Source: the human T2T-CHM13v2.0 reference genome, Homo sapiens. Taken from it: 64,000 bases of DNA. Below the pieces are notes generated by a model, which saw only the letters and a list, made by a program, of their open reading frames with translations, did not search any database and had not been told where the DNA came from. Positions within the stretch are counted from its first letter, which is position 1. Every line of letters begins with the position of its first letter. Below, one piece after another: positions 1 to 15,170 of the stretch. The DNA lies in assembly GCF_009914755.1 (NCBI RefSeq), contig NC_060931.1; one strand, 5' to 3'. The position numbers and the translations under genes are program-made.

Positions 1-1611
1 GTGCAAAAGAAAAGATCCCAGAGGCAAGAATGACAGAGAACACACAGAGTCAATCACGAGTTACAGTGGAAGGCAAGTGACCTAGAGAGTTGTTGGAGTA
101 GGATACAGGCCTTAGGGGCTGGGCTTTCATGTCCATGTGAGGTTGGGAGTGTGGCCGAGCCGCCTGCCTGAAGCCAGGAGTCATAGGCTCTGGCCTGTCT
201 GTGAGATGGGGACTAGGAAAACTCTGTCTGCCTGCGGGAGCCACCAGGAAGCAGCCTACTTGTCCAGGGCTATGTGTGGGAAAGAAACCCATAAAAACTT
301 GGAATCCCATGTCCACACAGAATTCACACTACCCACACGGGCAGACACCATAAACTGAGAAATTCACAGAAAAATTGGCTGAGAGCCATGGCAACTCAGG
401 AGGCCCCAGCATGGGCAAATGCAGATCTGCCTCAGAGGGGCACCCACACAATGCAGTCCACAGGGGGCTCCTAAGGGAAAACTAAAACCAGAAGAAAAAC
501 TAAAACTTACAAAACAGAAGAGGTGCCAAATGGCCATGAGAGTCATGGCAGAGTTCACTCCCAAGAACTAATGAAAAAAAGGAGAGGCTGAATGATACAG
601 TAACCTAAGTATGTCTAAGATCATCAAAGAGATAAAGAACAGAATCTTTAAGGCAAGAACAGCAAATTATTTTGAAAAAGGTAGATTTGAAAAAGAACTC
701 AACATTCTAGAAACGACAGAGGCAGCTGTGGAAATGAAAAACTCAAATGGATGGCTCTGGCTCAACAACAACAGACTGAACACAGCTAGAGAGAATATTA
801 GTGACTTGGGAGAGAGATCCAGGGAAATAACCCAGAGTACAACACTGAGAGATAAAGAATGAAAAATATGAAAAAGTTAAGAGACATGGAGGACAGAATG
901 AGAAATTCCAACACATGCTGGTAGAAATCCCAGAAGAAGAGAATGGAGAAATGAGTAATGGCAATAGGTAAAGAAATAATGGTTGAGAATTTTCCAAAAC
1001 TGAAGGCATTGTTAAGTCCACAGTTTGAAGGAACAGACCAATTCCCAAGTAGGTAATAAAACAAACAAACAAACCTAGACAACATTCATGTGAAATGGAA
1101 CCACAGCAAAGACAAAGAGAAAAACCTTAAAAGGTACCCAAGAGAAAATAATGACATTCAGACTACAGGAGATTTTCTTCAGCAACTAGGATATCAGAAG
1201 ACAATGGAATATCTTCAAATGTTGAGAGAAAACATCTGTCAACTCATTTTATGAGGCTAAGACAATTTTTATTGCACAAACTAGAGGGGTAGTATATGAA
1301 CAAATTTAAAAAATAATCTCATATATGAACAGATATGCAAAGATTCTAAATGAAAGAATTACAAATCAAACTCAGCAATATATTTTCAAAAAAGAAAAAG
1401 ACATATTATGAACACATTGGGTTTATTCTGAGAGCTCAAGGATAACACTAGAAAATATAACGAACAAAGTTAAGATTAATAGCAAAAACAATATAATCAT
1501 CTCAACAGATGTAAAAACAGCATTTAGCTCTTCTATTTCTGACATATGGCTGGCTAGATGTGCAGAGAAACAGAAATTCCTCCCAATGTGGAATATCTAA
1601 AATTGCTGAGT

Positions 1612-1891
1612 AGGCTGGGTACAGTGGCTCATGTCTGTAATCTCAGCAGTCTGGGAGGCTGAGGTGGGAGGAGCTCTTGAGCCCAGGAGTTTGAGGCTGC
1701 AGTGAGCCATGTTTGTGCCACTACACTTCAGGCTGGGTGACAAGGTGAGACCCTGTTTCAAATAAACAAACAAAAAAAGCCAGCCTAGGCAACATAGAAG
1801 ACCCTGTCTCCACAGAGGGGAAAAAAAAAAGTTTTTAAAAAAAGTTAGCCAGGCATGGTGGCATCCCCTGTGGTCCCAGCTACTCAGGAGG
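1612..1891 (+). mobile_element. Old Alu monomer (FRAM/AluJ-like) plus adjacent AluJ fragment
   Basis: ggctgggtacagtggctcatgtctgtaatc...gagaccctgtttc with an A tail, followed by a partial Alu. Confidence 0.8.
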
Positions 1892-2266
1892 CCCATTGTG
1901 GCCCAAAAACTTCCAGGTCAAGACTGTAGCTTGAAGTGGTCCTAAGTCTGCATTGGCATCAGATGACCAGCTGAGGAACACACACACATTCTCAGGAGGA
2001 AAGCATTTTAAACATAGCTTTCAAATAATCAATGAGCTCACAATTACACATCACCATCTCGAGAAAATCAGCACCACAAACTCAGCAGAAATCATGAACT
2101 GGAGAATATGACCAATGACTTTGGATATTAAAATTATCATATAAGGAATATAAAGTTCAATTATTTACAGAAATAAAAAGGGGGAATGAAAGTATGGAGA
2201 AATAAGACTATCAAAACTGACCAAATTTTGAAAAAGAATCAAATGTAACATTCTTTAGAATGGTGA

Positions 2267-2599
<333 letters not shown>

Positions 2600-3093
2600 A
2601 ATAACTGAAATTTTAAAATCCAATGTGTAGGTTAAACAACAGAATGGAAATGATTGAATGGTGAATAGTGAACTAACTAGAAGATAGAAGAAATTATTCC
2701 AACCTTAACATAGAGACTGAGCTAAAAATATAAAGAGGGGTTCGAAGTTATAAAGGATAATATGAAAAAGTTCCAGAATAAAAGGTTAGAAAGGGGGCAA
2801 GGCAAAATTCAAAGAGGGAAGATAACATATTTTCCCAAATTGGTGAAACATTTCAGTGATTAAAGCAGGATAAAAGAAAATAAATCCACATCTAGACACA
2901 TTGTATTAAAACTGCAGATCACCCAAGAGACCTAAAAGCAGGGAAAGAAAAAATGCAGATCATCCACAAAGGAATCCTGATTGGACTGATGGCAGATTCT
3001 CAATAGCAACAACAAAAGCCAGAAAAAAGGGGCAAATTATCTTCAAAAGCTAAGAGAAAATAACACTCAAGCTAAAATTATGTCTTTCCACTA

Positions 3094-3425
3094 CAGTTGT
3101 CCCTTGGTGTCAGTGGGGGATTGGTTCTAGGGCACCCCATGGATACCAAAATCCCACAATACTCAAGTCCCTTGTATAAATTGGTGTAGTATTTGCATAT
3201 AACCCACACACATCCTCCTGTATACTTTAAATCACCTCTAGATTACTTATAATACCTAATACGACGTAAATGCTATGTAGATAGTTGCTACACTGTATTG
3301 TTCAGAGAATAATGACAAGAAAAAAGTCTGTATATGTTTAGTAGACACCTTTTTTCCTGAATATTTCAAATGTGCAGTTACCTGAATCCACAAATGTGGA
3401 ATACATAAATACAGAGGACTCACTG
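3094..3425. mobile_element. MER2-like TcMar-Tigger MITE
   Basis: TA|cagttgtcccttggt...gaggactcactg|TA: inverted termini and TA TSD. Confidence 0.8.
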
Positions 3426-3764
3426 TATAGGGATGAAATAAAGATATTTTCACACATATAAACACATATAAACTCATATACACACACAAACTGAGGGCTC
3501 ATTACCATCAGACCCACAAAAAATAACTTCTAAAGGAAGAAAAAATTTCTAAAGATTCCTCTATAACAATAGAAATAGAATACATAACTGTCAAATTAAT
3601 TTAAAATAACAATAGTTTGAAAAGGAAAATACCTAAATGAATAATTCCCAAAGGAGAGGCAGGAAAAATACAGAAAAGGCAGAACTAAAGATTAACAGCA
3701 CAATTTAAGATGGTAAAAAGAATCCAAATAAACTAATAACCATAATCAATGTAAATGGTCTAGA

Positions 3765-4068
3765 CCAGAGCTAAGAAGAAAAAAGAATGTGAACCACATA
3801 TCTAATTTTAAGTACTCTGGTAGTCATGTTAAAAAAGTAAGAACAGGTGAAATAAATGTTAACAGTACATTTTATTTAGCCCAAGATATAAAAAATGTTA
3901 CTTCAACGTATAATCAATATAAAATGATTTATATTATTTTATACATGCATATTTTGTACTCACGGCTTGTTTTTGTACACGGTTTTTGAAATACGGTATG
4001 TATTTTATCCTTACAGCACATTTCAAGTGCTCAGTAGCTACAGGTGGATAGTGGCTACTGTTTGGATA
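3765..4068. mobile_element. MER33/MER3-like hAT-Charlie element
   Basis: Characteristic end cacatttcaagtgctcagtagctacaggtggatagtggctactgt. Confidence 0.7.
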
Positions 4069-4329
4069 TTTAAAAGGTAAAGGTAAAGATTTTCAGACTA
4101 AAACCAAACAAATCCCCCAGCTATCTGCTGTTTACAAGAGACATACCTAAACAGAAGGACGCAGAAAGCAATGTAAAAGAATGAAAGATGTACTAAGCCA
4201 GAACAATGTAAAGAAATGATGTAGCTATACCATATCACATGAAATAAACTTTGAAAGTAAAAATATTCATAGAAATAAAAAGAATTACTGCATAATAGTA
4301 AACTAACCAGGAAGATAAAGTAATTCTAA

Positions 4330-4629
<300 letters not shown>

Positions 4630-5195
4630 AATAACTCTAATTTTTTAAGCTTATCATATAGCTTCAAAATAATAAAGCAAAACTGATAAAACTCTAGGGA
4701 GAAATGAACAAATCCATCTTTACAGTAGGGGATTTTGATATATCTCTCTGTAATTGATAAATCTAGCCAACTAAAGGTTATATAAAATTTGAGCAACTCT
4801 ACTAACAAACCTGATTAAAGGGACCTAAGCAGATTCCAAACACAGAGAAAACACAAGCTTTTTAAGCTACAGAGCGTTAAGGAAAAATGAACACTTTCTA
4901 GGTCATAAAACAGACTTCAGCAAAATTTAAACGACTAGTATTTTACACACTGCATTTTCTAGCTACAACACAATTAAGTTTGAAATCAATAATTCCCATA
5001 CATACTAAAATTTTAAAATATACCGCTTTCTAAATAATCTGAGTCTAAGAAAAAAATCACAATGAAAATTAGAAGGTATCTGGAACCCAATATTAATGAA
5101 AATATTATCTATCAAAATGTATGGGCTACAGCTACAATGGTACTTAGAGGAAATTTTATAGCCTTGTATGTTTATATTAAAAAAGATAACACAGG

Positions 5196-5535
<340 letters not shown>

Positions 5536-7621
5536 TTAGAAAATAAATAACATTTAAGAACCTTTTCAAAAGTAGAAGGAAATAATACATATAAGAGTAT
5601 CATAAATTAATAAAAGAGAAGACAAAGATAGAATATAGTTAGTCAAAGTTGGTTATTTGAAGAGACTGTTAAACCAATTCACCTCTAGCAAGGTTATCAA
5701 GAGAATGGGAGAGACAGCACCAATAACCAATTGGAAGAATGAAAAAGGGAACATAATGATAAATGCAGCAGAGATTTAAAAGATATAGAGGATATTATGA
5801 ATGTTATTCCAAGTAATTTGAAAACTCTGGGGAAATGGACAAATTCCTAGGAAAATTTCAACCTGCCAAAACTAAAGAAGAAATAGAAAACCTGAATAGT
5901 CCTGTAACTAAAATAAATTACATCGGTAGTAAAAAATCTTCCCCACAAAGAAAACTTAAGGCTCAGGTGGCCCCACTGGTGTTTTCTACTAAATGTTGAA
6001 GGAATAGATAATTCCAACATTACAAAAACTCTCTGAAAATTAAAAACAGAATGAATACATCATAGCTCATATTTTTAATACCAAAACCAGACAAAAACAG
6101 TCTGAGAAAAGAAAATTACAAGCCCATCTCATCCATGAACAAAGATTCAAAAATCCTAAACAAAATAATTAGCATACAGCAATGTTCATAAAGGATCATG
6201 ACAAAGTTAGGTTTATTCCAAGACTGCAAGGTTGGTTCAACATTAGAAAGTAACATAATTTACCTTACTAGCAGGTTAAGGAGAAAAAAATGTATAATCA
6301 TCTCAATGGATACCAAAAGAAATTATATAAAATTCAAGTCATTACTGTTAGAAACACCTAGCCAAACACAGACATAGGAAACTTCTTTAGCCAGATAAAG
6401 GATATTTGTAAACAAAATCTTTAGCAAATATTATACTCAATGTGAAAAGTTAAAAAGTGTCCTCTTTAAAATCATGAACCAATAGGACACCTGTTATCAT
6501 CATTTCTATTTAAGGATTTTCTGGGAGTTCTCAGTCAACACAATAAAACAAGAAAAAAACCCATAAATATTTAAAAAGAAAAAAATTATTACTCATAGAT
6601 ATGATTAACTTTTCAGAAAAACTGAGAATGATTAGACAATTAATAGAAAGGTTATTAGCATTAATGAAAATTTTAGTAGGGTTCCTAGATCGTTATCAAT
6701 AAATGAAAGACAACTACATTTTTATATATTAATACTGTGAGGTTTTTGAGAAAGCCTATCAGTTACAATTTTTCTTCCTTATCAAGGGTCTTAACAAACA
6801 CAGAAAGAAAACAAAAGAGGAAGACAGGTGAGGCTAATCTATTTTTATTACTGATAATTCAGGGCATAATTCTGCATAAAGGGCAGGGACATTGGAATGC
6901 GCTCTTGTGATAGGAGAAAAAGCATTTGAAGAGGGGTATTCTCTGCCCTCAAGTCCCCAACAGCAACAAACAGAAAATGCAAGTTAAAAAAAGATACCAC
7001 TGACAAAAGTGATTTAAAAAAAAAAAAAAAAGAACCTAGGAATAGATCTAACAAAATATGTGCAAGACCTTAATATAAAACTTCATTGCGACACTATAGA
7101 CAAACCAAATGGAGTGACTTAGGACATTCACAGATAACATGACTGAATATAGTAAAAGTGTCAATTCTCTCCAAAATGTTAATAGATGGAATGCAATTGC
7201 AACCATAACCCCAACTGGAATTTTTCATGGAACTTGATAAGGCAGTTTGAGGGGCTATCTGAAAGAGCAAAGGAAAAGAAGAACCAAAGTGCAGTGAAAA
7301 AGAAGCAGGGTCTCCACCTCATAGCACCACAAAAGTCCATTTCTGAAGGATGAAGAACTTGAACATGAAAGACGAACTCTGAAAACCTTTAGTAGGAAAT
7401 ATGAGAAGGTGCACTGGTGTACTACAACATTGAAGAACGTAAACATTTCTTAATTGCTTAAGACACAAAAAGGACAAACCATAAAGGAAAGACTAGTAAA
7501 TCCAAGTACATTAAAATGAAAAGCATCTGTTCTTTAAAATATACCACAAATGGAGAAGATAACGGCAACACACATAGTTGACAAAAAGGTTAATATTTAG
7601 AATACGTAAAGAACACTAACA

Positions 7622-7922
<301 letters not shown>

Positions 7923-8795
7923 TGCAAAGAAGACATAAACACGCATTTCACAGAAGAGGAAGGACAAACGGCTCACCAGTAGAGGATGTAATGTTCAATC
8001 TTATTAATTAGGAAAATCCAAGTTTTAAACCATAAATTTTAAACCATTTCACTCCCACCAAACGGGCAGAAATAAAAACAGCATTTCCCAGGGTGGTGAG
8101 GATGAGGTGTGATTGGAACCCCCAGGCCCTCCTGGGAATACCAGTTGGTATCCCCACTTGACATCACCTGGAAAAATTTGAATACATGTCTTTTCTTTCC
8201 TATGACCCAGCAGTTCCGCTCCTGGATCTACACCTACAGAAGCTTTTACATATGCATAAGAATGTTCACACCAGCAAAAAAAAAAAAAGAAAAGAAAAGA
8301 GACAACACAAGCACCCACCAACAGTAGAAGGAATAAATACATTGTATTATGGTCACAAAATACAAAACTGTAAAGTGGTGAAAATCATGAAAATGAATGA
8401 GCTACAGCTATACTACATTAACATGGATGGCTCTCAAAAACATAACGGCAAATGAGAAAAGCAGGTTAAGGAAGAACATATGTGGTATGATTCCATTTAC
8501 AAAAAGTTCCAAAGCAGATAAAACTAAATGTGTTACTTAGGATACATACTGAGGGAATAAAAATGTAAAGAAAGGCAAGGGACTCTATTTCTGAATTTTC
8601 AGTTTATGTATACTATAAGAGGAAGGAAGGGGTGTGATCAGGGGAGGACGGGGGTCCAAGAGGTTCAAGCTGTGGTCTCTCTCATGCTGGGTGTTGGGAA
8701 TATGGGGTTTACTACTAATCTCTAAATGTCACACGAATTTTGTTCTGTATGTATTTTGTTTGTTATGTATAATACACAGTAACAATGTTGTAAAA

Positions 8796-9122
8796 CAGGG
8801 GTCCCCATGCCCCGGGGAACCTGGACTGCACAGCAGGGGGTGGGTGGAAGACGAGCAAGTGAAGCTTCATCTGTAATTACAGCCACTCCCTGTCGCTGGC
8901 ATTACTGACTGAGCTACGCCTCCTGCCAGATCAGTGGTGGCATTAGAGTCTAACAGCAGCGCGAACCCTATTGTGAACTGTGCATGCGAGGGGTCTGGGT
9001 CACACTCCCTTCTTATGAGATGGAACAGTTTCATCCCCAAACCATGCTCCCGGTCCCCCATTGGTGGAAAAATTGTCTTCCATGAAACTGGTCCCTGGTG
9101 CCAAAAAGGTTCCGGACTGCTA
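8796..9122. mobile_element. MER1B-like hAT-Charlie element
   Basis: caggggtcccc...ccctggtgccaaaaaggtt..gactgct termini; 8-bp TSD ttgtaaaa/ttttaaaa. Confidence 0.82.
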
Positions 9123-11093
9123 TTTTAAAAGAAACAAAACACAATATTTTTAAAAAGGAGAAAAACAGCATTTGATACAATATAACACTTGTTCACAATA
9201 AAAACTTTTGGGTAGCATGGTTAGAAGGAAATGTCTTTAACAATATTTTCAAAAGCCAAAGGCAAAAATCATACTTAAGGCTGAAACTCTAGAAATGTAT
9301 CTTGTCCACAGACAGGATGCTACTATCACTGCTGCTATTCAACGATGTCCTAGTCAAACTGCTAAATAAGAAAAATAAAGTTACAAAAAGTTAAAAAACA
9401 GACACAATCTTTGTGTGATTTGTAGAGGATATAATTATCTACATAAAAAATCCAAGAGAATATAAAGAAACAAACCATTAGACATGAGAGCAAGATTTTT
9501 TTTAATAAACAAAAGTCAACAGCATACCTGTACACCTGAAATAACTAATACATCTAATAAACTGTAAAAATCCCATTTATAATGAAAAACAACTATCAGA
9601 AGAAAACTGTAAAATCTTATTAAAGCACATAGAAGCCTTCAATAAATGAGTGTTCCAATGAGTAGAAAGGCTAATGTTGTCATGAGAGCAATTCTCCAGA
9701 AATTAGACTGTAAAGTCAATGCAATTCCAATCAAATTTCCAACAGGATTTTCTTAGGAACTTGACATACAGATCCCAAAATTCATATAAAAGAACAAATA
9801 TCCAAGAATAGCCAAGACAGTTTTTTGAAGAACAAGCAGAGAAGGATTAGTCTACTAGATATCAAGGCTTATTATGAAGCTAAAAGAGCAAGCTGTTGGT
9901 GCAGAGACTGACAAAGAGACCAATGACACAGAAGCAAGCACCCAGAAACAGACTTGTGCACATGCAGAAACCAGCTCAGGACAGAATCGCATCACAAATC
10001 AGTGGAGAAAAGCTAACACATTCAGCAAACTTTGTTGGAAAATGAGACCATCGTTGTGGGAGAAAAAACTGAAACCCTCCCTTGCAAGCTACACAAATTT
10101 TAATTCTAGATAAATTAAAGACTTAAATTTGAAAAGCAAAACTTTTAAAAATTTATAAAAAAAATAGAGAAGAGTATCTTTCTGACCTTGAGTGAGGTAA
10201 GCAAGGATATCTCACTACAGAAAAAGCACAGATCATAAAGGAAAAGACTGACATGTTTGACTCTTTCAACAGTGAAAACTTCCATACAAGAACTACAACG
10301 TTAAAGACCTGCCACCGACACGGAGAAAATGTTTGTAACACAAATAATAGACAAAGGATTTGTATCTAGAACACATACAAAGAAGCCCTGAATCAAGAAG
10401 AAAATGAAGAATATCTCAATAGAAAAACAGAAGACAACTCACTGGAGAAGCAGCCAAATAATCGTATAAAAAGGGCGTGCAACTTAAGGGGGAAAATACA
10501 AGTTGAAACGAGAGGCCATCTCACCCCCATCAGGTCGGCAAAAATGTAATTATGGAAACTGGGCAGACGTTAGGAAGCAAGTTCTAGGAGCACCCGCTGG
10601 CACTGGGTACCCCTGGGGAGGGCCATACAGTAACGGAAGAGATGAAATCAAGCCTACGACGTGGTGAGGCCACCGCTGGGTCTACTCCCTGGAGCAGCAT
10701 CCCCACAGGGCCACAAAAAAACAGGCGCAAGAACGCTCACTACAGTATTGCTTGTGAGAGTGAACAATCAGAAAAAGCTTAAGTGCCAATCAGTGGAGGA
10801 ATGGAAAATAAGTTACAATATAGTTGCTTCTGGAATATTAAGCATCTGTTAAAAGGAATGAACTTGATCTACATGTATCAACATGGATAAGTCTGAAATA
10901 CAGAATAATGAGTGATAAATATAATGACATCTATGTAATTTTTCAGAACACAAAAAACCGTATTATATATTGTTTACAGCTACCAAAGTACACAGCAGAC
11001 GTTTTAAAATGTGGATAGAAAGAATAAACAGAAAATTCCTAGGGAGGCCTGGGAGACCTAAAAAGGAATTTAAATGCTATCAGAAATACATTA

Positions 11094-11096
<3 letters not shown>

Positions 11097-11137
<41 letters not shown>
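11097..11137. repeat. (CA)20 microsatellite
   Basis: Direct reading. Confidence 0.98.
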
Positions 11138-11141
<4 letters not shown>

Positions 11142-11157
11142 TAAATTTTGAAACAGC

Positions 11158-13030
11158 ATACATTCAGCAAATAGTTATTGAATTCCTACTCTGTACTAGG
11201 CAATACTCTAGGTTCCTAAAATGATTAAACAGGTAAAAATTTTTATACTTTTGAAATTGACATTCTAATGGAGGAGACCTGACATACGATGAATCTATAA
11301 ATAGGAAACATATATATTATGTGACACTGTCTAACACGGAAGACCCAAAGCAGGAAAGTAGGCCTGGAGTCCTGGGTGGGGAGGGCCTGCAGTGCCGATG
11401 ACACGAAAGGCCTGCAGGTGGGACCTGCCTGAGGAGGATTCCCAGTAGAGGGCACTGCGAAGGCCCTGGCACAGGGCGGAGGGAACAGCACCAGGGAACA
11501 GCACTCTGCAGCTGGGCAGAGTGAGAGAAAAGTGGAGGAGGTGAGCTGACGGTGCGGGTCAGATGGAAAGCCAGGACTTGGGTCTAAAAGGGATTACTCT
11601 GCTGGGCTGAGGCAAGACTGGGGGATCAGGGCAGGAGGAGAGGGGCTGGCAGGAGATGACGGGCCTACGTGGCAGAGTAGAGGGGACAAGGCCAAGTAAG
11701 AAGACAGACCATTCAGGACCACGGAGGGCCCTGGTAACCGAGGTTGGAGAGGTTTTGGTGGAAGGGGTAACAGAGTGGGGGGGAAGGTGCAGGAGACAGC
11801 AAGCGCAGATGTCCCCAAGGGGCTCTGCCACAAAGGGGAACAGACAAGCGGGCAGTGGCTGCCGGGGTAGAGGTCAAGGCAGGATTGCTTGTATTGCCCT
11901 TGAGAAGATGGCATGAGGTGGGATCTGGTGCCAGATCGAAGTGGGGCTTTGGCTGGAGGGTTGACAGTTTAGCAGTCACAGAAGTGAAGGCAGAGAAGGG
12001 GGCACTGGTGCAGGCAGATGGCGTGGAGAGGGCTGTGTGAGTGGTGCGTTTCTCTTTTAAAAAACGGGTTAAAATATAAAACTGTTCTCAGCTGTGCACC
12101 ATACAGAAACAGATGAGCTAGGTTTGGCCCTCAGCCACAGTTTGCTGGCCCCTGGGCTAAGGAGACACGGTGTGACTGTGTGGCAGAGCGCCCACTGAAG
12201 TCGCTGGTCATGAATGTCACGTGACACCAGCAGCCAGCTTACCTGGTTCTCTGCAGCCACGTGCAGCTGCTTGGCTGCAGGTGCAGAACACCGATGGATT
12301 TCACTAAGTGGATACAATGAACAAAACAGGGGCAAGAGTGCTGAGGGTGTGTGTAAGGGGGGACCACAATGGTGGGCATGGAGGGAAATGAGGATGAGTC
12401 AGGGCAGTGAAAAGGCAGCAGGGTCGATGGCTTGCAGGTCTTGAAGGACTGGAAAACTGCTGGAATCAGGACACCAGACGGAATTGAAGGGACGGCAGGA
12501 GGCGGCCAGGTAGTGGTGTGCTGGAGATGGAGATGGTGGGTATGGTAAAGTCACTGTCGTCACAGTCACGGATGGCTGTGGGATGGGTTGGGGGGGCACA
12601 GGACAATCAACAAGGAGGCTGCCATGGCCAAGACTGAGGGCAGGAAGAGTGTTGAGAAGAGAGGGAAGGTCTGCAGAAGTAGCAAAAAGACAAGGCCTGG
12701 GACCCAAAGGCAAGGTCTCTAGAGAGGGATTGAGGCTGGCAGAGGCACAATCTGAGGGGTGAGGACCCTGTCCCCAGTGGGCCTGGGCTCAAGACAGAGG
12801 CAGGGAAGAGGATGACAAGCACTCAGAGGGCTGCAGTCCCCTGGAGCTCAGTCCGAGCAGGGAACACTCAGGACCTGGCGGGTCTGCTGAGCCCTGAGTC
12901 CCACAAGGCTCAGTGGAGGGATGTGCAGGAGGTGAGGAGAAGGGGAGGTGAGGTCTCACAAGGGGATGGGTCAGGCCAAATGTGGCAAGGGATGAGCTGG
13001 GAGTCCTGGCTTCTCAGACAAAGGGGACAG
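11158..13030 (-). mobile_element. L2 LINE remnant
   Basis: cattcagcaaatagttattgaattcctactctgtactagg is a reverse L2 3' end, followed by G/A-rich L2-like body. Right boundary uncertain. Confidence 0.6.
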
Positions 13031-13991
13031 GGATAAACGCCACACAGATCCCTGCCAACAGGCTCAGGATGGACAGTGGAGTTTGTGTCTACTCATCTTG
13101 TCTACTGGTGGGTAGAGGCCACGGATGCTGCTGAACATCATACGGTGCAGCTAGAGAGTGTTACAGGGTCTTACCAGCAACCAGCGTATTTCCAGCCCCT
13201 CTTTACTCTCATTGAATGATGCTGTGGAAGTGAGGGAAGCCTCCACACATGGTGTAAATACAACGAAACCCACCCACCCAGAACCTCCCACCCAGGCTAG
13301 GAAGCTGGGGACGCGCACGGGTTGTAACCCTCTTTTCCAGCCCAATAGTATCTGTTCTCAGCCATCTTTCTGTCCTCTAGTGTTCAGCACTGTCCTTGAC
13401 GCCTAGAAGATTCTTAAAAATGCATCTGTAGAGCTAAACTGTCAATGTCCCGATGACGACTGGCAAAGCGGCCAGCCCGGAACATGCTTCTGCCCTTAGG
13501 AAAGTGCAAATCTGACTGAGATGAGATGACGAACATGGGGGATGCATTTAATTTCACACAAGTGGCGCACAGGAGGGCCTCCGCGGACCACCACCTTTCT
13601 CAGTGTCAGACGAAAGGGAAAACCAAGGCAGGTGGGACGGTCAAGGGCGGGTCTTCTGGAGGAATCAGGGGTCGAGCCTTGCAGAGATGTGGTCTCCCTA
13701 GTCAAATGACCCAGCAGGTCTTCACTTTAGGAATTTGGTTTTTCTCCTGTGTCCACCTGTCCTTCCCTTAACTTTCAAAGGTGCTGACTGGCTCCAGGGA
13801 AATCTGAGACGCTGATATCTGGTAACAAGATTCACCTTAAATAAATGTGTGCTTCTAATAATACCAAACCATAAGGCTGACCAATGTAGACCAAAGTAGC
13901 TCTACAACTGCTACTGGTTTAAATTAAGGTTGGTTCTTGGAGGCAAGGCTGACTCTTTGCAAAGCTTTGGATTAATTTTGTTGTCAATATA

Positions 13992-14425
13992 CAGCTGACC
14001 TTGAACAACATGGGTTTGAACTATGCAGGCCCACTTATAAATGGATTTTCTTCTGCTTCTGTCACCCCTGAGACAGCTAGACCAACCACTCCTCTTTCTC
14101 CTCAGCCTACTCAATCTGAAGAAGACAATGAGGAGGATGACCTTTATGATGCTCCACTTCCACTTAATGAGTAATAAATATATTTTCTCTTCCTTATGAT
14201 TTTCCTAGTAACATTTTCTTTTCCCTAGCTTATTGTAAGTATCACTATGTAACACACAGAACATACAAAATATGTGTTATTGACTGTTCATAGTATCAAT
14301 AAGGCTTCTGGTTAATAGGAGACTACTAGCAGTTAACTTTTTAGAGAGTCAAAAGTTATACATAGATTTTTGGCTGCGTGGGACTGGGGGCTGGTGCCCC
14401 TGGCCCCTGCATTAAGGGTCAACTA
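13992..14425. mobile_element. Tigger2a/MER28-like DNA transposon
   Basis: TA|cagctgaccttgaacaacatgggtttgaact...aagggtcaact inverted termini. Confidence 0.8.
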
Positions 14426-14723
14426 TGCTCCTGCCTTCCCTCTCAGCGTTCTCCTCTCCCTCCCCTCAACCTGTGCCCTGCCTTTGTCTCTTCCTAAAAG
14501 ATTAGGTTTGCCACCTGTTTCCCTGACAGAAAGTGTTCATTTCTGGAGCATTAGCTGACTAAGTTAGAGATTAAAACTCAACTATAAAAAACTCAAGACA
14601 TAAAACCTGTAAGTTTCATGTTTCTCCTCGACTCTCTCTGGAAAGATCACACCCTTTCTGGCCTTTCCGTCTCTGTTTCCTGCACAATACCTGATGCCTC
14701 CCTGGCCTTCTCCCAGCCCTTAC

Positions 14724-14837
14724 CTGGACTGGGGTCCACAGGAACATCTGGAATCTTGGGGCCAGGGCGGCGCCAGTTGCAGGGCTCCTTCCCTTGTTCA
14801 ATCTGGGAGAGGACCTCGGGCTTGGAGATGGCGTAGT
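14724..14837 (-). CDS. ZNF746: ZNF746 exon 4, KRAB-B-like ([38 protein letters not shown])
   Basis: Acceptor tgtctttcctcAG|AC and donor CCAG|GTAAGG; 114 nt, phase 1-1; lies within ORF 14647..14880-. Downstream exons are left of the window. Confidence 0.93.
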
Positions 14838-14947
14838 CTGAGGAAAGACAGAAGGTTAGTTTTTGCCACGTTCCAGTCAAAGCTGGGGACAGTCATCCCG
14901 GAAAACCAACAATGGTCTAGAAATGAAATCTCTTGATTGTCACAAAG

Positions 14948-15170
14948 CAGTAGCTCTCAACCACAGGCAATTTTGCTCCCTGGGGGCATCTGGCAAAGTC
15001 TGGAGACAATTCTGGTTGTCATGCCCAGGGCTGGGGGAGAGGTGACTGGCATCTGGAGATGCCCTGAGAGGCCAGGGCTGCTGCTCAACATCCTACAATG
15101 CAGAGGATGCCGCCGACACACAGAATCACCTGGTCCCAAATGTCCACAGTGCCGGGGTGAAGAAACTGCC
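14948..15170. mobile_element. MER20 (hAT-Charlie) in intron 3
   Basis: cagtagctctcaacc...gaggccagggctgctgctcaacatcctacaatgca...cccaaatgtccacagtgccggggtgaagaaac. A second MER20 fragment lies at ~13085-13155. Confidence 0.8.
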
